Made by a program: the position numbers and the translations under genes. From Nitrospinales bacterium (lineage in GTDB: Bacteria > Nitrospinota > Nitrospinia > Nitrospinales > JAJDAT01), in assembly GCA_046757665.1 (NCBI GenBank), contig JBHHYO010000008.1, positions 1,716 through 65,715 on the forward strand: a DNA stretch of 64,000 nucleotides, written 5' to 3'. The notes under the pieces were generated by a model, which saw only the letters and a list, made by a program, of their open reading frames with translations, had not been told where the DNA came from and did no database searches. Of this stretch, positions 1-9,503 are shown piece after piece (the stretch's first letter is position 1; the number at the start of each line of letters is the position of its first letter).

Positions 1-20
1 GCTTCAACCAGGGAGAAACC

Positions 21-884
21 ATGTTAGCGTTTGCCAAGGACATTACGAAAAACGATCCCACCCATCCCGAAGAGTCCAACAATCCCAGGCTGAAAAGCTA
101 CATGGATTACCAGAGGCGGCTAAACCACGAGTTGTTCGTTTACCATTCCCTGGAACATACGAAAACCTATCTGCAAAAAAATATTGAGGACGGCCGCGGC
201 GATGACAAAAAATTAAAACGCTATGTGGAAAAGGCGTTTCCGTTCGCGCACCGGTTCGCCGACGGCAACATGCTCATGCTGATGCTTCGCAAGTTGATCA
301 ACGGCCACAATTCCAGCAACAACTGGTACCGGATGAACGCCTTTTATTACACGCTGGTTTACGACAGCATGGAGCGGTTCTGCAAAGTTCACAACCGCCT
401 GGTGCGCGAGGCGCCGGAGAAGGCCCGGGACTACAACATCGCGGACGGAATGGAAATCGATTTCGACGATTGGGTGCAGTTGTTTTTCCCCGACCTGGAT
501 TTTTTGGTCGGCGAAAAACCGCGGTACCCGCACTACACATTTTCCCGGCGCAACGCGGCGATTTCCTCAGCCATCGAGCGCGCCATGAAAACCGGCAAAT
601 CGCGCGCCGACGCCCTGGCGGAGATCCGCGAGGAATATGACATCGACGCCTCATCCATCAAGGTCATCCTGGGACAGCGGATGGAAGAAAAGGACCTGGA
701 GCTTTTTTACACCTCCGCGGAAAACCCGATTTACGAATACCTGTATCAATCCGCCGAGATGGGGTTCGGCGACGAGGAAACCCTGATCGACCATTTGTAT
801 TTTTTGTGCTTCCAGTTGAAGGGTCTCAGCGAGCCGGAGGCGGAAGCCGTCATGAAAAAACTGTCCAAAACGCGAAAAAACTGA
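21..884 (+). CDS. hypothetical protein, no family recognised
   Basis: 287-aa ORF. ATG at 21 follows GGGAGA at 11-16. Composition is balanced, whereas overlapping antisense ORFs are Arg/Pro-rich. I can name no motif. Confidence 0.55.
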   Translation: MLAFAKDITKNDPTHPEESNNPRLKSYMDYQRRLNHELFVYHSLEHTKTYLQKNIEDGRGDDKKLKRYVEKAFPFAHRFADGNMLMLMLRKLINGHNSSNNWYRMNAFYYTLVYDSMERFCKVHNRLVREAPEKARDYNIADGMEIDFDDWVQLFFPDLDFLVGEKPRYPHYTFSRRNAAISSAIERAMKTGKSRADALAEIREEYDIDASSIKVILGQRMEEKDLELFYTSAENPIYEYLYQSAEMGFGDEETLIDHLYFLCFQLKGLSEPEAEAVMKKLSKTRKN

Positions 885-1081
885 CCGGGGTCAAGGCGCC
901 CGGCCATGCCACGGCCAACGCGGCGGAGCCGCTCCGGAGGATGCGCGGCGCGCCCGTGAGGGACCCGCCCGCCTGCCGGCACAGCTTGATTTCGATGGTG
1001 GTTCAAGGTGAAATCATGTAGTATTGACAATGCTTGGCGCGTTTGTTAGCGTACGCCATCTTTAAAAAGGGAGAACCCGAA

Positions 1082-2128
1082 ATGCCGTGGGATGAGATAC
1101 ATGATGAGAAGGGGCCGTCCGGAGGCGGCGGGCTGGGAGGACGACCCGGCGGACCTCAGTTCGAAGTCCCCAAAATAAAAATTCCCCAGTTCAAGCCGTC
1201 CTCCTTCATGGGCATCGGTCTGGTTCTGTTGCTGGTCTGGATCCTGCCCGGCGTTTTTTATACCGTCGGACCGGACGAGGAAGGCGTCGTCACCCGCTAC
1301 GGCAAATACGTCCGCTCGGAACCGCCGGGACTGCACGTCAAGTTTCCCTCGCCGATCGAGCGCGCTTTCACGCCCAAGGTCAGCATCGTCCGCCGGGCGG
1401 AGATCGGCTTCCGCATCATCGACCAGGGACCGCCGCAGAAATTGCGCAACGTCCCCGCCGAATCCCTGATGCTGACCGGAGACCAGAACATCATCGACAT
1501 TCATCTGGTGGTGCAGTATCAAATCCGCGACGCGGCGGCCTATCTCTTCAACATCCAGGAAAAGCAGAAAGTGGTGCGCAACGTCGCCGAAACCGTCCTG
1601 CGCGGCATCATCGGGAGCAAGAAAATCGACGAGGCGCTGACCACCGGAAAGAACGAAATCCAGATTCTGAGCAAGCTGAAAATCCAGGAACTTCTGGACA
1701 AATATAATTCCGGCATCCTGGTAGTCACCACCCAGTTGCAGGACGTGCATCCGCCCAGCCAGGTTGCCGCGGCGTTCAAGGACGTGGTGGCGGCCCGCGA
1801 AGACAAGGAACGCATGATCAACGAGGCCCAGGGCTACCGCAAGGCCGTTATTCCCGAAGCCCGCGGCAAGGCCGCGCAAATCGTCCGCCAGGCGGAAGGC
1901 TACCGCGAACAAAAAATCAAGCGCGCCCAGGGCGATGCGGAAAGGTTCCTGGCCCAGTATAAAGAATATGAAAAAGCTCCGGAGATCACCCGAAAACGCC
2001 TCTACCTGGAAACGATGGAAGACATTCTTCCCCGAATGAACAAATTTTTGATGGGCACCCAGAGCGGTGTCCTGCCCATTCTGCCACTGGGACCGGGCAT
2101 CCCCGGCGTTTCCAGTCAGAGAAAATAA
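1082..2128 (+). CDS. hflK: HflK, SPFH/band-7 modulator of FtsH
   Basis: ORF 1034-2128 opens with TTG. I prefer ATG 1082, with GGGAGA 7 nt upstream. Gly-rich N-tail, one TM (GIGLVLLLVWILPGVF), SPFH core VVTRYGKY..PGLHVKFPSPIE and C-terminal AQGDAERF. hflC follows directly. Confidence 0.85.
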   Translation: MPWDEIHDEKGPSGGGGLGGRPGGPQFEVPKIKIPQFKPSSFMGIGLVLLLVWILPGVFYTVGPDEEGVVTRYGKYVRSEPPGLHVKFPSPIERAFTPKVSIVRRAEIGFRIIDQGPPQKLRNVPAESLMLTGDQNIIDIHLVVQYQIRDAAAYLFNIQEKQKVVRNVAETVLRGIIGSKKIDEALTTGKNEIQILSKLKIQELLDKYNSGILVVTTQLQDVHPPSQVAAAFKDVVAAREDKERMINEAQGYRKAVIPEARGKAAQIVRQAEGYREQKIKRAQGDAERFLAQYKEYEKAPEITRKRLYLETMEDILPRMNKFLMGTQSGVLPILPLGPGIPGVSSQRK

Positions 2129-2183
2129 ACGCGACAAGGAACCCGTTTATCGAAAAACCGTTAATCCGACCAGGAAATACTCC

Positions 2184-3047
2184 ATGAAATTCAATGCCGC
2201 TCTCGCCGCCGTCGCCGCCATTGTCGTCATCATCTATTATTCGGTATTCACCGTCCACATGACCCAGAGCGTCGTGTTGTTGCAATTGGGCAAACCGGTG
2301 GAAACCTACACCGAACCGGGACTGTATTTCAAAATCCCCTTTCTGCAACAAGTGCGCTATCTGCCCAAGCTACTGCTTTCCAACGATTCCGCTCCCGCCG
2401 AGTTGATCACCAAGGACAAGAAAAACCTGCTGATCGACAGTTTCACCATGTGGCAGGTTCAGGACCCGTTGAAGTTCCTGCAAACCGTGCGCAACCAGCG
2501 CGGCGGGCGGGCAAGGCTCGACGACATCATTTACTCCGAACTGCGGGTGGAAATGGGAACCCACAACCTCATCGATATCATCCTCACCACCCGCGAGGCC
2601 ATCATGGAAACAGTGACCCAAAAGGCCAACAAAAAAGCCGCGGACTACGGCATCGAAGTTGTCGATGTGCGGATCAAGCGCGCCGACCTGCCGCCGGAAA
2701 TCGCCAATTCCATCTTCAACCGAATGCGTACCGAGCGAGAACGTATCGCCAAGGAATACCGCTCCGAAGGTAAGGAGGAAGCCACCAAAATCCGCGCCAA
2801 AACCGACAAGGAAAAAGTCATCCTGATCGCGGAAGCCTACAAAAAAGAACAAACGCTGATGGGCGAAGGCGACGGCATCGCCACCAAAATCTACGCCGAC
2901 GCTTTCAAAAAGGACCCGTCCTTTTATAATTTCATCCGCTCCATGCAGGCGTATCAGCAATCCCTGAAAGACGAAACCACCATTCTGCTCTCCGATGATT
3001 CCGATTTTCTGGAGTTTCTCAACCGACCCCAATCGTCCAAACGGTAG
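2184..3047 (+). CDS. hflC: HflC, SPFH/band-7 partner of HflK
   Basis: ATG 2184 inside ORF 2067-3047. N-terminal TM (AALAAVAAIVVIIYY) and SPFH core GLYFKIPFLQQV, IEVVDVRIKRADLP. Adjacent to hflK. Confidence 0.85.
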   Translation: MKFNAALAAVAAIVVIIYYSVFTVHMTQSVVLLQLGKPVETYTEPGLYFKIPFLQQVRYLPKLLLSNDSAPAELITKDKKNLLIDSFTMWQVQDPLKFLQTVRNQRGGRARLDDIIYSELRVEMGTHNLIDIILTTREAIMETVTQKANKKAADYGIEVVDVRIKRADLPPEIANSIFNRMRTERERIAKEYRSEGKEEATKIRAKTDKEKVILIAEAYKKEQTLMGEGDGIATKIYADAFKKDPSFYNFIRSMQAYQQSLKDETTILLSDDSDFLEFLNRPQSSKR

Positions 3048-3122
3048 GCGCACGGCGGGCGGGGCATCACCCGTTCCCATCCCTTCCCCGCCTCCCGGAA
3101 AATTTCCAATGGGCTTCCTCTC

Positions 3123-4481
3123 ATGAACATTCTGATCATCGGCGCCGGCATCGTCGGATACAACCTCGCCGACGAACTGTCCCAGGAAGGACATAACATT
3201 TCGATCGTCGATGTCCACGCGGAAAAAATCAAGCAGATTTCCGAAAAGCTCGATGTGTTGTGGGTGCGCGGCAACGCCTGCCTGCCCAGCGTCCTGATCC
3301 AGGCCGGCATCCGCAAGGCGGAAATGGTCATCGCCGTCACCGAGAGGGATGAAGTCAACCTGTTCGTCTGCATGTTGGCCCACAAATTCAAGGTCAAAAA
3401 ACGCTTCGCGCGCCTGCGCCATATGGAGTTCACCGAGGCAGGCCAGATATTCAAGCCGCACGAGCTGTTCATCGACCAGGCCGTCAACCCCGGACAGATC
3501 ATCATCGAATTTATTTTGAAGATTCTGGAAACCCCCGGCGCCGTCAATTGCGCCGAGTTCGCCGAGGGCAAAATCCTGTTGCGCGGATTCGACGTTTCCG
3601 CGGACGCCCCCCTCGCGGGAAGAAAAATCGCCGACCTGCAGGCGGCGGCCGAGTTCAATTCGTTTATCATCGTCGCCATCGTCCGCGACGGCAACCTGAT
3701 CATCCCCGGAGAACACGATACCATCCGGGCCGGGGACAAAATGTATGTGCTGATCGACAAGGAATTTCTGCCCCTCATTCTCCCCATGCTGAACAGAAGA
3801 GTGAACGAAGTGCAAAAGATCATTCTGTTCGGAGCCAACACCGTTTCCATTCACCTGGCCAAATGCCTGGAAAAAAAGATTCCCGACATATCCATCATCG
3901 AGCCTTCCCTGGAGAAGGCCGACCTTGCGGTGGACCAACTGTCGCAAACCGTGGTGTTGCATGGAGACGGCACCGACCCCGACCTGTTCAACGAAATCAA
4001 CATCAAGGACGCCGACTTTTTCATGGCCCTCACCGACGACGACGAGCACAATATCCTGTCGGCCCTGCTGGCGAAAAAACACGGCGCCAAGCGGGCGGTG
4101 GTGATTACCAACGACCCGTATTACCTGCCGATCCTGGATTCGATCGGCATGAACATAACGATCAACCCGCGGCTGTTCACCGTCGGCGCCATTTTGAAAA
4201 ACCTGCGCAAGGGGCAAATCCGCTCGGTTTTCAAATTGATCGAAGGCGAAGCGGAAATCCTGGAAATCGTGATCGCGCCGGACTCGTCCATCATCGACAA
4301 AAAGATTTTCAAAATGACTTTTCCCCGGGACGCCCTCATCGGCGCCATTTTGCGGCACGGCGAGATGATCGTGCCGGACAAGGAAACCACGATCCAGTCC
4401 GGCGACTCGGTGATTGTCGTCGCCATGCCCCAATCCATCGAAAAGATCGAAAAGATTTTCACCAAAAAGAAGTTTTTCTGA
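3123..4481 (+). CDS. trkA: TrkA potassium-uptake NAD-binding protein
   Basis: 452 aa with two tandem Rossmann units (MNILIIGAGIVG and KIILFGANTVS), each followed by a TrkA-C-like segment. trkH is immediately downstream. Confidence 0.9.
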   Translation: MNILIIGAGIVGYNLADELSQEGHNISIVDVHAEKIKQISEKLDVLWVRGNACLPSVLIQAGIRKAEMVIAVTERDEVNLFVCMLAHKFKVKKRFARLRHMEFTEAGQIFKPHELFIDQAVNPGQIIIEFILKILETPGAVNCAEFAEGKILLRGFDVSADAPLAGRKIADLQAAAEFNSFIIVAIVRDGNLIIPGEHDTIRAGDKMYVLIDKEFLPLILPMLNRRVNEVQKIILFGANTVSIHLAKCLEKKIPDISIIEPSLEKADLAVDQLSQTVVLHGDGTDPDLFNEINIKDADFFMALTDDDEHNILSALLAKKHGAKRAVVITNDPYYLPILDSIGMNITINPRLFTVGAILKNLRKGQIRSVFKLIEGEAEILEIVIAPDSSIIDKKIFKMTFPRDALIGAILRHGEMIVPDKETTIQSGDSVIVVAMPQSIEKIEKIFTKKKFF

Positions 4482-4488
4482 TTTTCCG

Positions 4489-5961
4489 ATGAACCTCAAG
4501 GCCGTATTCAACGTCGTCGGTATCCTGCTGATTCTGCTGGCCGCCATTTTGCTGTTGCCGGTCGGCGTATCGCTGTATTACCGGCAGGCCGCTCTGGACG
4601 GTTATTTCAGCGAGACGGCGGCGTTTTCGCTGACCCTGGCGGTCGCGCTGGCGACGGGCCTGGGGCTGTGGAAGTTCCTGCCCTCGGGCGTGGAAACCCT
4701 GCGCGACCGGGAAGGCTTTGTCATCGTTTCGTTTTCCTGGATATCCATTTCGCTGTTCGGCGCCCTGCCGTATTACCTGTCCGGAGTTTGTCCCGAGTTC
4801 ATCGACGCCTACTTTGAAAGCATGAGCGGGTTCACGACGACCGGGGCAACGATTTTGCGGGACATCGACCCGTTGCCCCGGGGCATCCTGTTTTGGCGGA
4901 ACCTGACCCAGTGGCTGGGGGGCATGGGGATCATCATGTTGTCCCTGGCGATTTTCCCCGCCCTGGGCATCGGCGGCTTTCACCTGTTCAAGGCGGAAGT
5001 CCCCGGCGGCGGCGCCGTCGAAAGAATGCAACCGCGGCTGGCCGAAACCGCGAAAATCCTGTGGAAAGTCTACCTGACCCTGACCGGCATCGAAATCTTA
5101 CTGCTACGGTTCGGCGGCATGGGTTGGTTCGACGCCGTATGCCACACCTTCTCGACCGTGGCCACCGGCGGATTCTCGCCCCACACCGCCAGCGTCGCCG
5201 CTTTCAACAGCATTTACATCGAATCGGTGATTATCCTCTTCATGCTGTTGGGGGGGATCAATTTCGCCCTGCATTACCAGACGATCCGCGGCGATTTCAA
5301 GCGGGTCCATCAAAACCCGGAATTGCGGTTTTACCTGTCGCTGATCGGCCTGGGGGTGGCCTTTGCCACGTTCGGGCTGTGGTGGGCCGAGGCGGAAACC
5401 TCCCTCCCCGCGGCCCTGAGGCGGGCGTCCTTTCAGATCGTCTCGATCAACACCACCACCGGGTTCGTCACCGACGACTACAACGCCTGGCCCGGTTTTC
5501 TGCGCTTGTGCATGCTCGGCATCATGATGGTGGGCGGTTGTGTCGGCTCCACCAGCGGGTCGTTGAAAGTCATCCGCATCCTCGTTATTTTCAAGGTCAT
5601 CATCCGCGAATTGCAAAAACTGGTGCGGCCGCGCGGCGTCTTCCACGTGAAGGTGGGCGGAAAAACTGTAAAACAGGAACACATTCTGAACATGATCGGC
5701 CTGACCGGACTGTATCTGGGCGTTTTTTTCATCTGCGCCCTGTTGCTTTCCCTGATGGGGCTGGACTTGACCACCGCCGTTTCCGCCTCCACGGCCTCGC
5801 TGTTCAACATCGGACCCGGGCTGGGCGCCGTGGGCGCCATGGGCAATTACGCCGACCTGCCCCACCTTGCGAAAACCGTGGTGATCTTTTGCATGTTTAT
5901 GGGACGACTGGAAATTTACGGCGTCATGATGCTTTTCCTGCCCCTCACATGGAAGAAATGA
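4489..5961 (+). CDS. trkH: TrkH potassium transporter membrane subunit
   Basis: ATG 4489, 7-nt gap after trkA. Polytopic. Four pore-loop-like motifs: SGFTTTGAT, TGGFSPH, NTTTGF, GSTSGSLK. Confidence 0.9.
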   Translation: MNLKAVFNVVGILLILLAAILLLPVGVSLYYRQAALDGYFSETAAFSLTLAVALATGLGLWKFLPSGVETLRDREGFVIVSFSWISISLFGALPYYLSGVCPEFIDAYFESMSGFTTTGATILRDIDPLPRGILFWRNLTQWLGGMGIIMLSLAIFPALGIGGFHLFKAEVPGGGAVERMQPRLAETAKILWKVYLTLTGIEILLLRFGGMGWFDAVCHTFSTVATGGFSPHTASVAAFNSIYIESVIILFMLLGGINFALHYQTIRGDFKRVHQNPELRFYLSLIGLGVAFATFGLWWAEAETSLPAALRRASFQIVSINTTTGFVTDDYNAWPGFLRLCMLGIMMVGGCVGSTSGSLKVIRILVIFKVIIRELQKLVRPRGVFHVKVGGKTVKQEHILNMIGLTGLYLGVFFICALLLSLMGLDLTTAVSASTASLFNIGPGLGAVGAMGNYADLPHLAKTVVIFCMFMGRLEIYGVMMLFLPLTWKK

Positions 5962-6130
5962 AACTTGATTTTTCAAGCCGTATTTCGTATTATGCTTTTT
6001 CCTCCAACATACCCTGCATTGGCCGGGCCAGGTCGGTCCGAGCCCGGCGGCGCTTGGTTTTCAATTCAAAATTATTTTTTCGGACACCGGCGTGACACGG
6101 CCGGTCCATGTTGAGATAAAGGACGCCTGT

Positions 6131-7894
6131 ATGGAAAATTCGCCGAATCCCCTGAAAATCACCGACGTTATCTTAAGAGACGCCCACCAATCCCTGCTGG
6201 CCACCCGGATGCGCACGGAAGATATGTTGCCCATCGCGGCCAAGCTGGACCAAGTGGGATTTTTTTCGCTGGAAATGTGGGGCGGCGCCACGTTCGACAG
6301 TTGCCTGAGATTCCTCAACGAGGACCCCTGGGAGCGCGCCAGGCAACTGAAAAAACGAATGCCCAAAACTCCCATGCAAATGCTCCTGCGCGGCCAAAAC
6401 CTGGTCGGCTACCGGCATTACGCCGACGACATCGTCGAGCGCTTCGTCAAGCAATCCGTCGACGTCGGCATCGACATTTTCAGAATCTTCGACGCCCTGA
6501 ACGATTTCCGCAATATCAAAACCGCCGTCGACACCGTCAAACAATGCGGCAAAATCGTCGAAGGCGCCATCAGCTATACCGTCAGCCCCGTCCACAATAT
6601 CGACCTGTACCTCAAAATGGCCCACCAGTTGGAGGACATGGGCGTGGACATCATCTGTATCAAGGACATGGCGGGCCTGCTGGCCCCGGCGGTCACCCGC
6701 ACCCTGATCCAGGAAATCAAAAAAGAGATCCCCCTGCCGGTGCACCTGCACACCCACGCCACAACGGGGCTGGTGGGCATGAACCTGCAATGCGCCATCG
6801 ACGCCGGAGTGGACATGATAGACACCGCCCTGTCCTGCCTGGCCATGGGCACCTCCCACTACGCCACCGAATGTATCGTCGCTTCATTGAAAGACACACC
6901 GCGCGACACCGGCCTGGACCTCCACGCACTGCATGAAATCAACGATTACTTCAAGGAAGTCAAAAAATATTACAGCGAATTCGAAAGCGATTTCAAAAAC
7001 GTGGACGTAACGATCCTCGAATCGCAAATTCCGGGCGGCATGATTTCCAACATGGAAAACCAGTTGAGAGACCAGGGCGCCCTGGACAAGCTGGACGAGG
7101 TGCTCAAGGAAGTGCCGCGTGTCCGCAAGGACATGGGGTATCCTCCTCTGGTAACCCCCACCAGCCAGATCGTCGGTTCCCAGGCCACCCTGAACGTGTT
7201 GACCGGGGAGCGGTACAAAGTGGTCACCAAGGAAACCCGGGAATGTATCCTCGGCAAATACGGCAAACTGCCCGGCCCTCTCAGTCCGGGCCTTTTGGAA
7301 AAGCTGGGCGAGGACCGGAAAATCATCGAGTGCCGCCCCGCCGACCTGCTGGAACCGGAATGGGAGGGCGTGGTCCGGGAGTGCAAGGAGAAGTCGGATG
7401 TCACGAGCGAGACGGACCTGCTGTCCTACGCCATGTTTCCGAAGGTGGCGCTGAAGTTTTTTGAGACGCGCAACGATCCACCGCCGCCGCGGTCAAAAGG
7501 CGGCCCGGCGAAATCGGCCCCGCCGGCCGCTGTCCCAGCCGCCGCACCGGGCGCGCCAACGGTTTTCACCGTCCGCGTCAACGGCGCTCCCTATACGGTG
7601 GAAGTGACCTCCGGCGGCGCGGCGCCACCCGCGGCCGGCGCACCATCCGCCACGCCGGCGCCGGCGCCCGCGCAAACCAGCGGAGAAAACGTCGTCGCCC
7701 AACTCCCCGGCTCCATCTTCGCCATCAAATGCCAGGTGGGAGACACCGTGGAAGAAAACGACACCCTGATTATCCTCGAATCCATGAAAATGGAAACCGA
7801 GGTCAAATCCCATTGCCGCGGCACCGTGGAAGCCATCCTCGTACAGGAGGGAAACAACGTCAAAACCGGGGACGCCCTCGTCACCATAGGATAA
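6131..7894 (+). CDS. oadA: oxaloacetate decarboxylase alpha subunit / PycB-type biotinyl carboxyltransferase
   Basis: ATG 6131. TIM-barrel carboxyltransferase motifs [18 protein letters not shown] and [10 protein letters not shown]. Ala/Pro-rich linker. C-terminal biotinyl domain with [10 protein letters not shown]. Confidence 0.85.
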   Translation: MENSPNPLKITDVILRDAHQSLLATRMRTEDMLPIAAKLDQVGFFSLEMWGGATFDSCLRFLNEDPWERARQLKKRMPKTPMQMLLRGQNLVGYRHYADDIVERFVKQSVDVGIDIFRIFDALNDFRNIKTAVDTVKQCGKIVEGAISYTVSPVHNIDLYLKMAHQLEDMGVDIICIKDMAGLLAPAVTRTLIQEIKKEIPLPVHLHTHATTGLVGMNLQCAIDAGVDMIDTALSCLAMGTSHYATECIVASLKDTPRDTGLDLHALHEINDYFKEVKKYYSEFESDFKNVDVTILESQIPGGMISNMENQLRDQGALDKLDEVLKEVPRVRKDMGYPPLVTPTSQIVGSQATLNVLTGERYKVVTKETRECILGKYGKLPGPLSPGLLEKLGEDRKIIECRPADLLEPEWEGVVRECKEKSDVTSETDLLSYAMFPKVALKFFETRNDPPPPRSKGGPAKSAPPAAVPAAAPGAPTVFTVRVNGAPYTVEVTSGGAAPPAAGAPSATPAPAPAQTSGENVVAQLPGSIFAIKCQVGDTVEENDTLIILESMKMETEVKSHCRGTVEAILVQEGNNVKTGDALVTIG

Positions 7895-9087
7895 TGGAAA
7901 CCACTCTCGGAGAGACGCTGAACAAACTCGTCGGCATGACCGGCTTGTCGGCCATGATACCCGGAGACGGTGTCATGTTGCTGGTCGCCTGCACCCTGAT
8001 TTATCTCGCCATCGTCAAAAAATTCGAGCCTCTGCTTCTGCTTCCCCTCGGATTCGGCTGTCTGCTGGCCAACCTGCCCCTCAGTCACATGGCGGCCGAC
8101 GACACAGGCGGCTTGTTGAATTTTTTCTATTTCGGCATCAAACACGAAATCCTGCCGCCGCTCATTTTTCTGGGCGTGGGCGCGCTCACGGACTTCGGGC
8201 CCCTGCTGGCCCGGCCGTCCACGCTGTTGCTGGGAGCCGCGGCGCAGATCGGCGTTTACACCACCCTGATCGGCGCGGTGTTTTTGGGGTTCGACCTCAA
8301 GGAAGCCAGCGCCATCGGCATCATCGGCGGCGCCGACGGACCCACCTCCATCTTTCTCGCCGGCAAGCTGGCCCCGCATTTGCTGGGCCCCATCGCCGTC
8401 GCCGCCTATTCCTACATGTCCCTGGTGCCCCTGATCCAGCCGCCGATCATGCGCTGGCTCACCACCGCCAGGGAACGGAAAATCCGAATGGAACAGTTGA
8501 AGCCCATTTCGCAAAACGTCAAGATTCTCTTTCCCATCGCCTCGACGGTCGTCATCGTCCTGTTACTGCCGGGGGTCGCCCCCCTGCTGGGCATGTTGAT
8601 GCTGGGAAACCTGTTCCGGGAATGCGGCGTGACCGCCCGATTGCACGAAACCTCGGAAACGCATTTGATCAACATGGTGACGATTTTCCTGGCCCTGTCC
8701 GTCGGCGCCTCCATGACCGCGGACACGTTTTTGAAGCTGGAGACCCTCAAGATCATCACCCTGGGACTGCTGGCTTTTTGCATGGCCACCGCCGGGGGCG
8801 TGCTGTTCGGCAAGATCATGTGCAAGGTATCCGGCGGACGGGTCAACCCGCTCATCGGTTCGGCCGGAGTGTCGGCGGTTCCCATGGCGGCGCGCGTGTC
8901 GCAGAAAGTGGGCGCCGATGAAGACCACGGCAATTTTCTGCTCATGCACGCCATGGGGCCCAACGTGGCCGGTGTCATCGGCAGTGCGGTAGCCGCCGGC
9001 GTGTTCCTCTCGCTGTTCGGCGGAGCCGATGCCATCGCCCAGGCCGCCCTGGACAGCGCGGCGCTCATCAACCCCCTGGAGCGCTGA
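7894..9087 (+). CDS. oadB: Na+-translocating decarboxylase beta subunit
   Basis: ATG 7894 overlaps the oadA stop (TAATG). Polytopic membrane protein with [10 protein letters not shown] and [14 protein letters not shown], as in the OadB/GcdB/MmdB family. Confidence 0.85.
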   Translation: METTLGETLNKLVGMTGLSAMIPGDGVMLLVACTLIYLAIVKKFEPLLLLPLGFGCLLANLPLSHMAADDTGGLLNFFYFGIKHEILPPLIFLGVGALTDFGPLLARPSTLLLGAAAQIGVYTTLIGAVFLGFDLKEASAIGIIGGADGPTSIFLAGKLAPHLLGPIAVAAYSYMSLVPLIQPPIMRWLTTARERKIRMEQLKPISQNVKILFPIASTVVIVLLLPGVAPLLGMLMLGNLFRECGVTARLHETSETHLINMVTIFLALSVGASMTADTFLKLETLKIITLGLLAFCMATAGGVLFGKIMCKVSGGRVNPLIGSAGVSAVPMAARVSQKVGADEDHGNFLLMHAMGPNVAGVIGSAVAAGVFLSLFGGADAIAQAALDSAALINPLER

Positions 9088-9092
9088 CCGGC

Positions 9093-9356
9093 ATGTCGAA
9101 CTTTACCGCCTCCCTGGCCATCTCCGGCATCGCCATGTCGGCCATCTTTCTCATCCTGACACTGCTGATCGTCATCGTCAAGGTTCTGGTGGCCTGGTGG
9201 CCGTACGTCGCGCCGCCGCCAACCGCCGCCGACAACCGCCGGCCGGCGCAAAACGCGCCGAACCCGGAACACGTCGCCGCCATCCATGCCGCACTGGCAC
9301 AGTACCTGGGCAAAACCCCGGACGACATCCGCCTGCAAAACATCAAACCGCTATAG
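9093..9356 (+). CDS. oadG: OadG-like small gamma subunit (putative)
   Basis: 87 aa. N-terminal TM (ISGIAMSAIFLILTLLIVIV), Pro/Ala linker, C-terminal EHVAAIHAALAQYLG resembling the OadG C-terminus. Lies 5 nt after oadB. Confidence 0.5.
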   Translation: MSNFTASLAISGIAMSAIFLILTLLIVIVKVLVAWWPYVAPPPTAADNRRPAQNAPNPEHVAAIHAALAQYLGKTPDDIRLQNIKPL

Positions 9357-9361
9357 AGTCC

Positions 9362-9500
9362 ATGCTTCGACAGAGCTTGTCCTGAGCCCGCCGAAGGGCT
9401 CAGCATGACACCGTCCTTCGCTCCATGATACGCGCCGTCACTCTGAGCGACATACTGTCACTCTGAGCCTGTCGAAGAGTCTGAGCCTGTCGCGAAGAGT
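9362..9500. repeat. cluster of family-1 GC-rich palindromic intergenic repeats
   Basis: Hairpin CTGAGCCC-GCCGAA-GGGCTCAG at 9382-9403, flanked by CATGCTTCGACAG..GCATGAC. Then reiterated GTCACTCTGAGC (2 copies) and TCTGAGCCTGTCG(C)GAAGAGTC (2 copies). Related units occur at 10883-11020 and 42099-42205. Confidence 0.75.
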
Positions 9501-9503
9501 CTC

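Noticed and set aside
2370-4547. 725-aa minus-strand ORF spanning hflC and trkA
   Set aside because: It is antisense to two genes with clear family motifs. The translation is Gly/Asp/Val/His/Arg-rich and low-complexity, as expected for open antisense frames in high-GC DNA.
9362-9500. Possible CRISPR array, given short reiterated palindromic units
   Set aside because: The units are partial, irregularly spaced and directly abutting, with no unique spacers of constant length. No cas genes are in the window. The same motif recurs singly at other junctions, which is REP-like behaviour.
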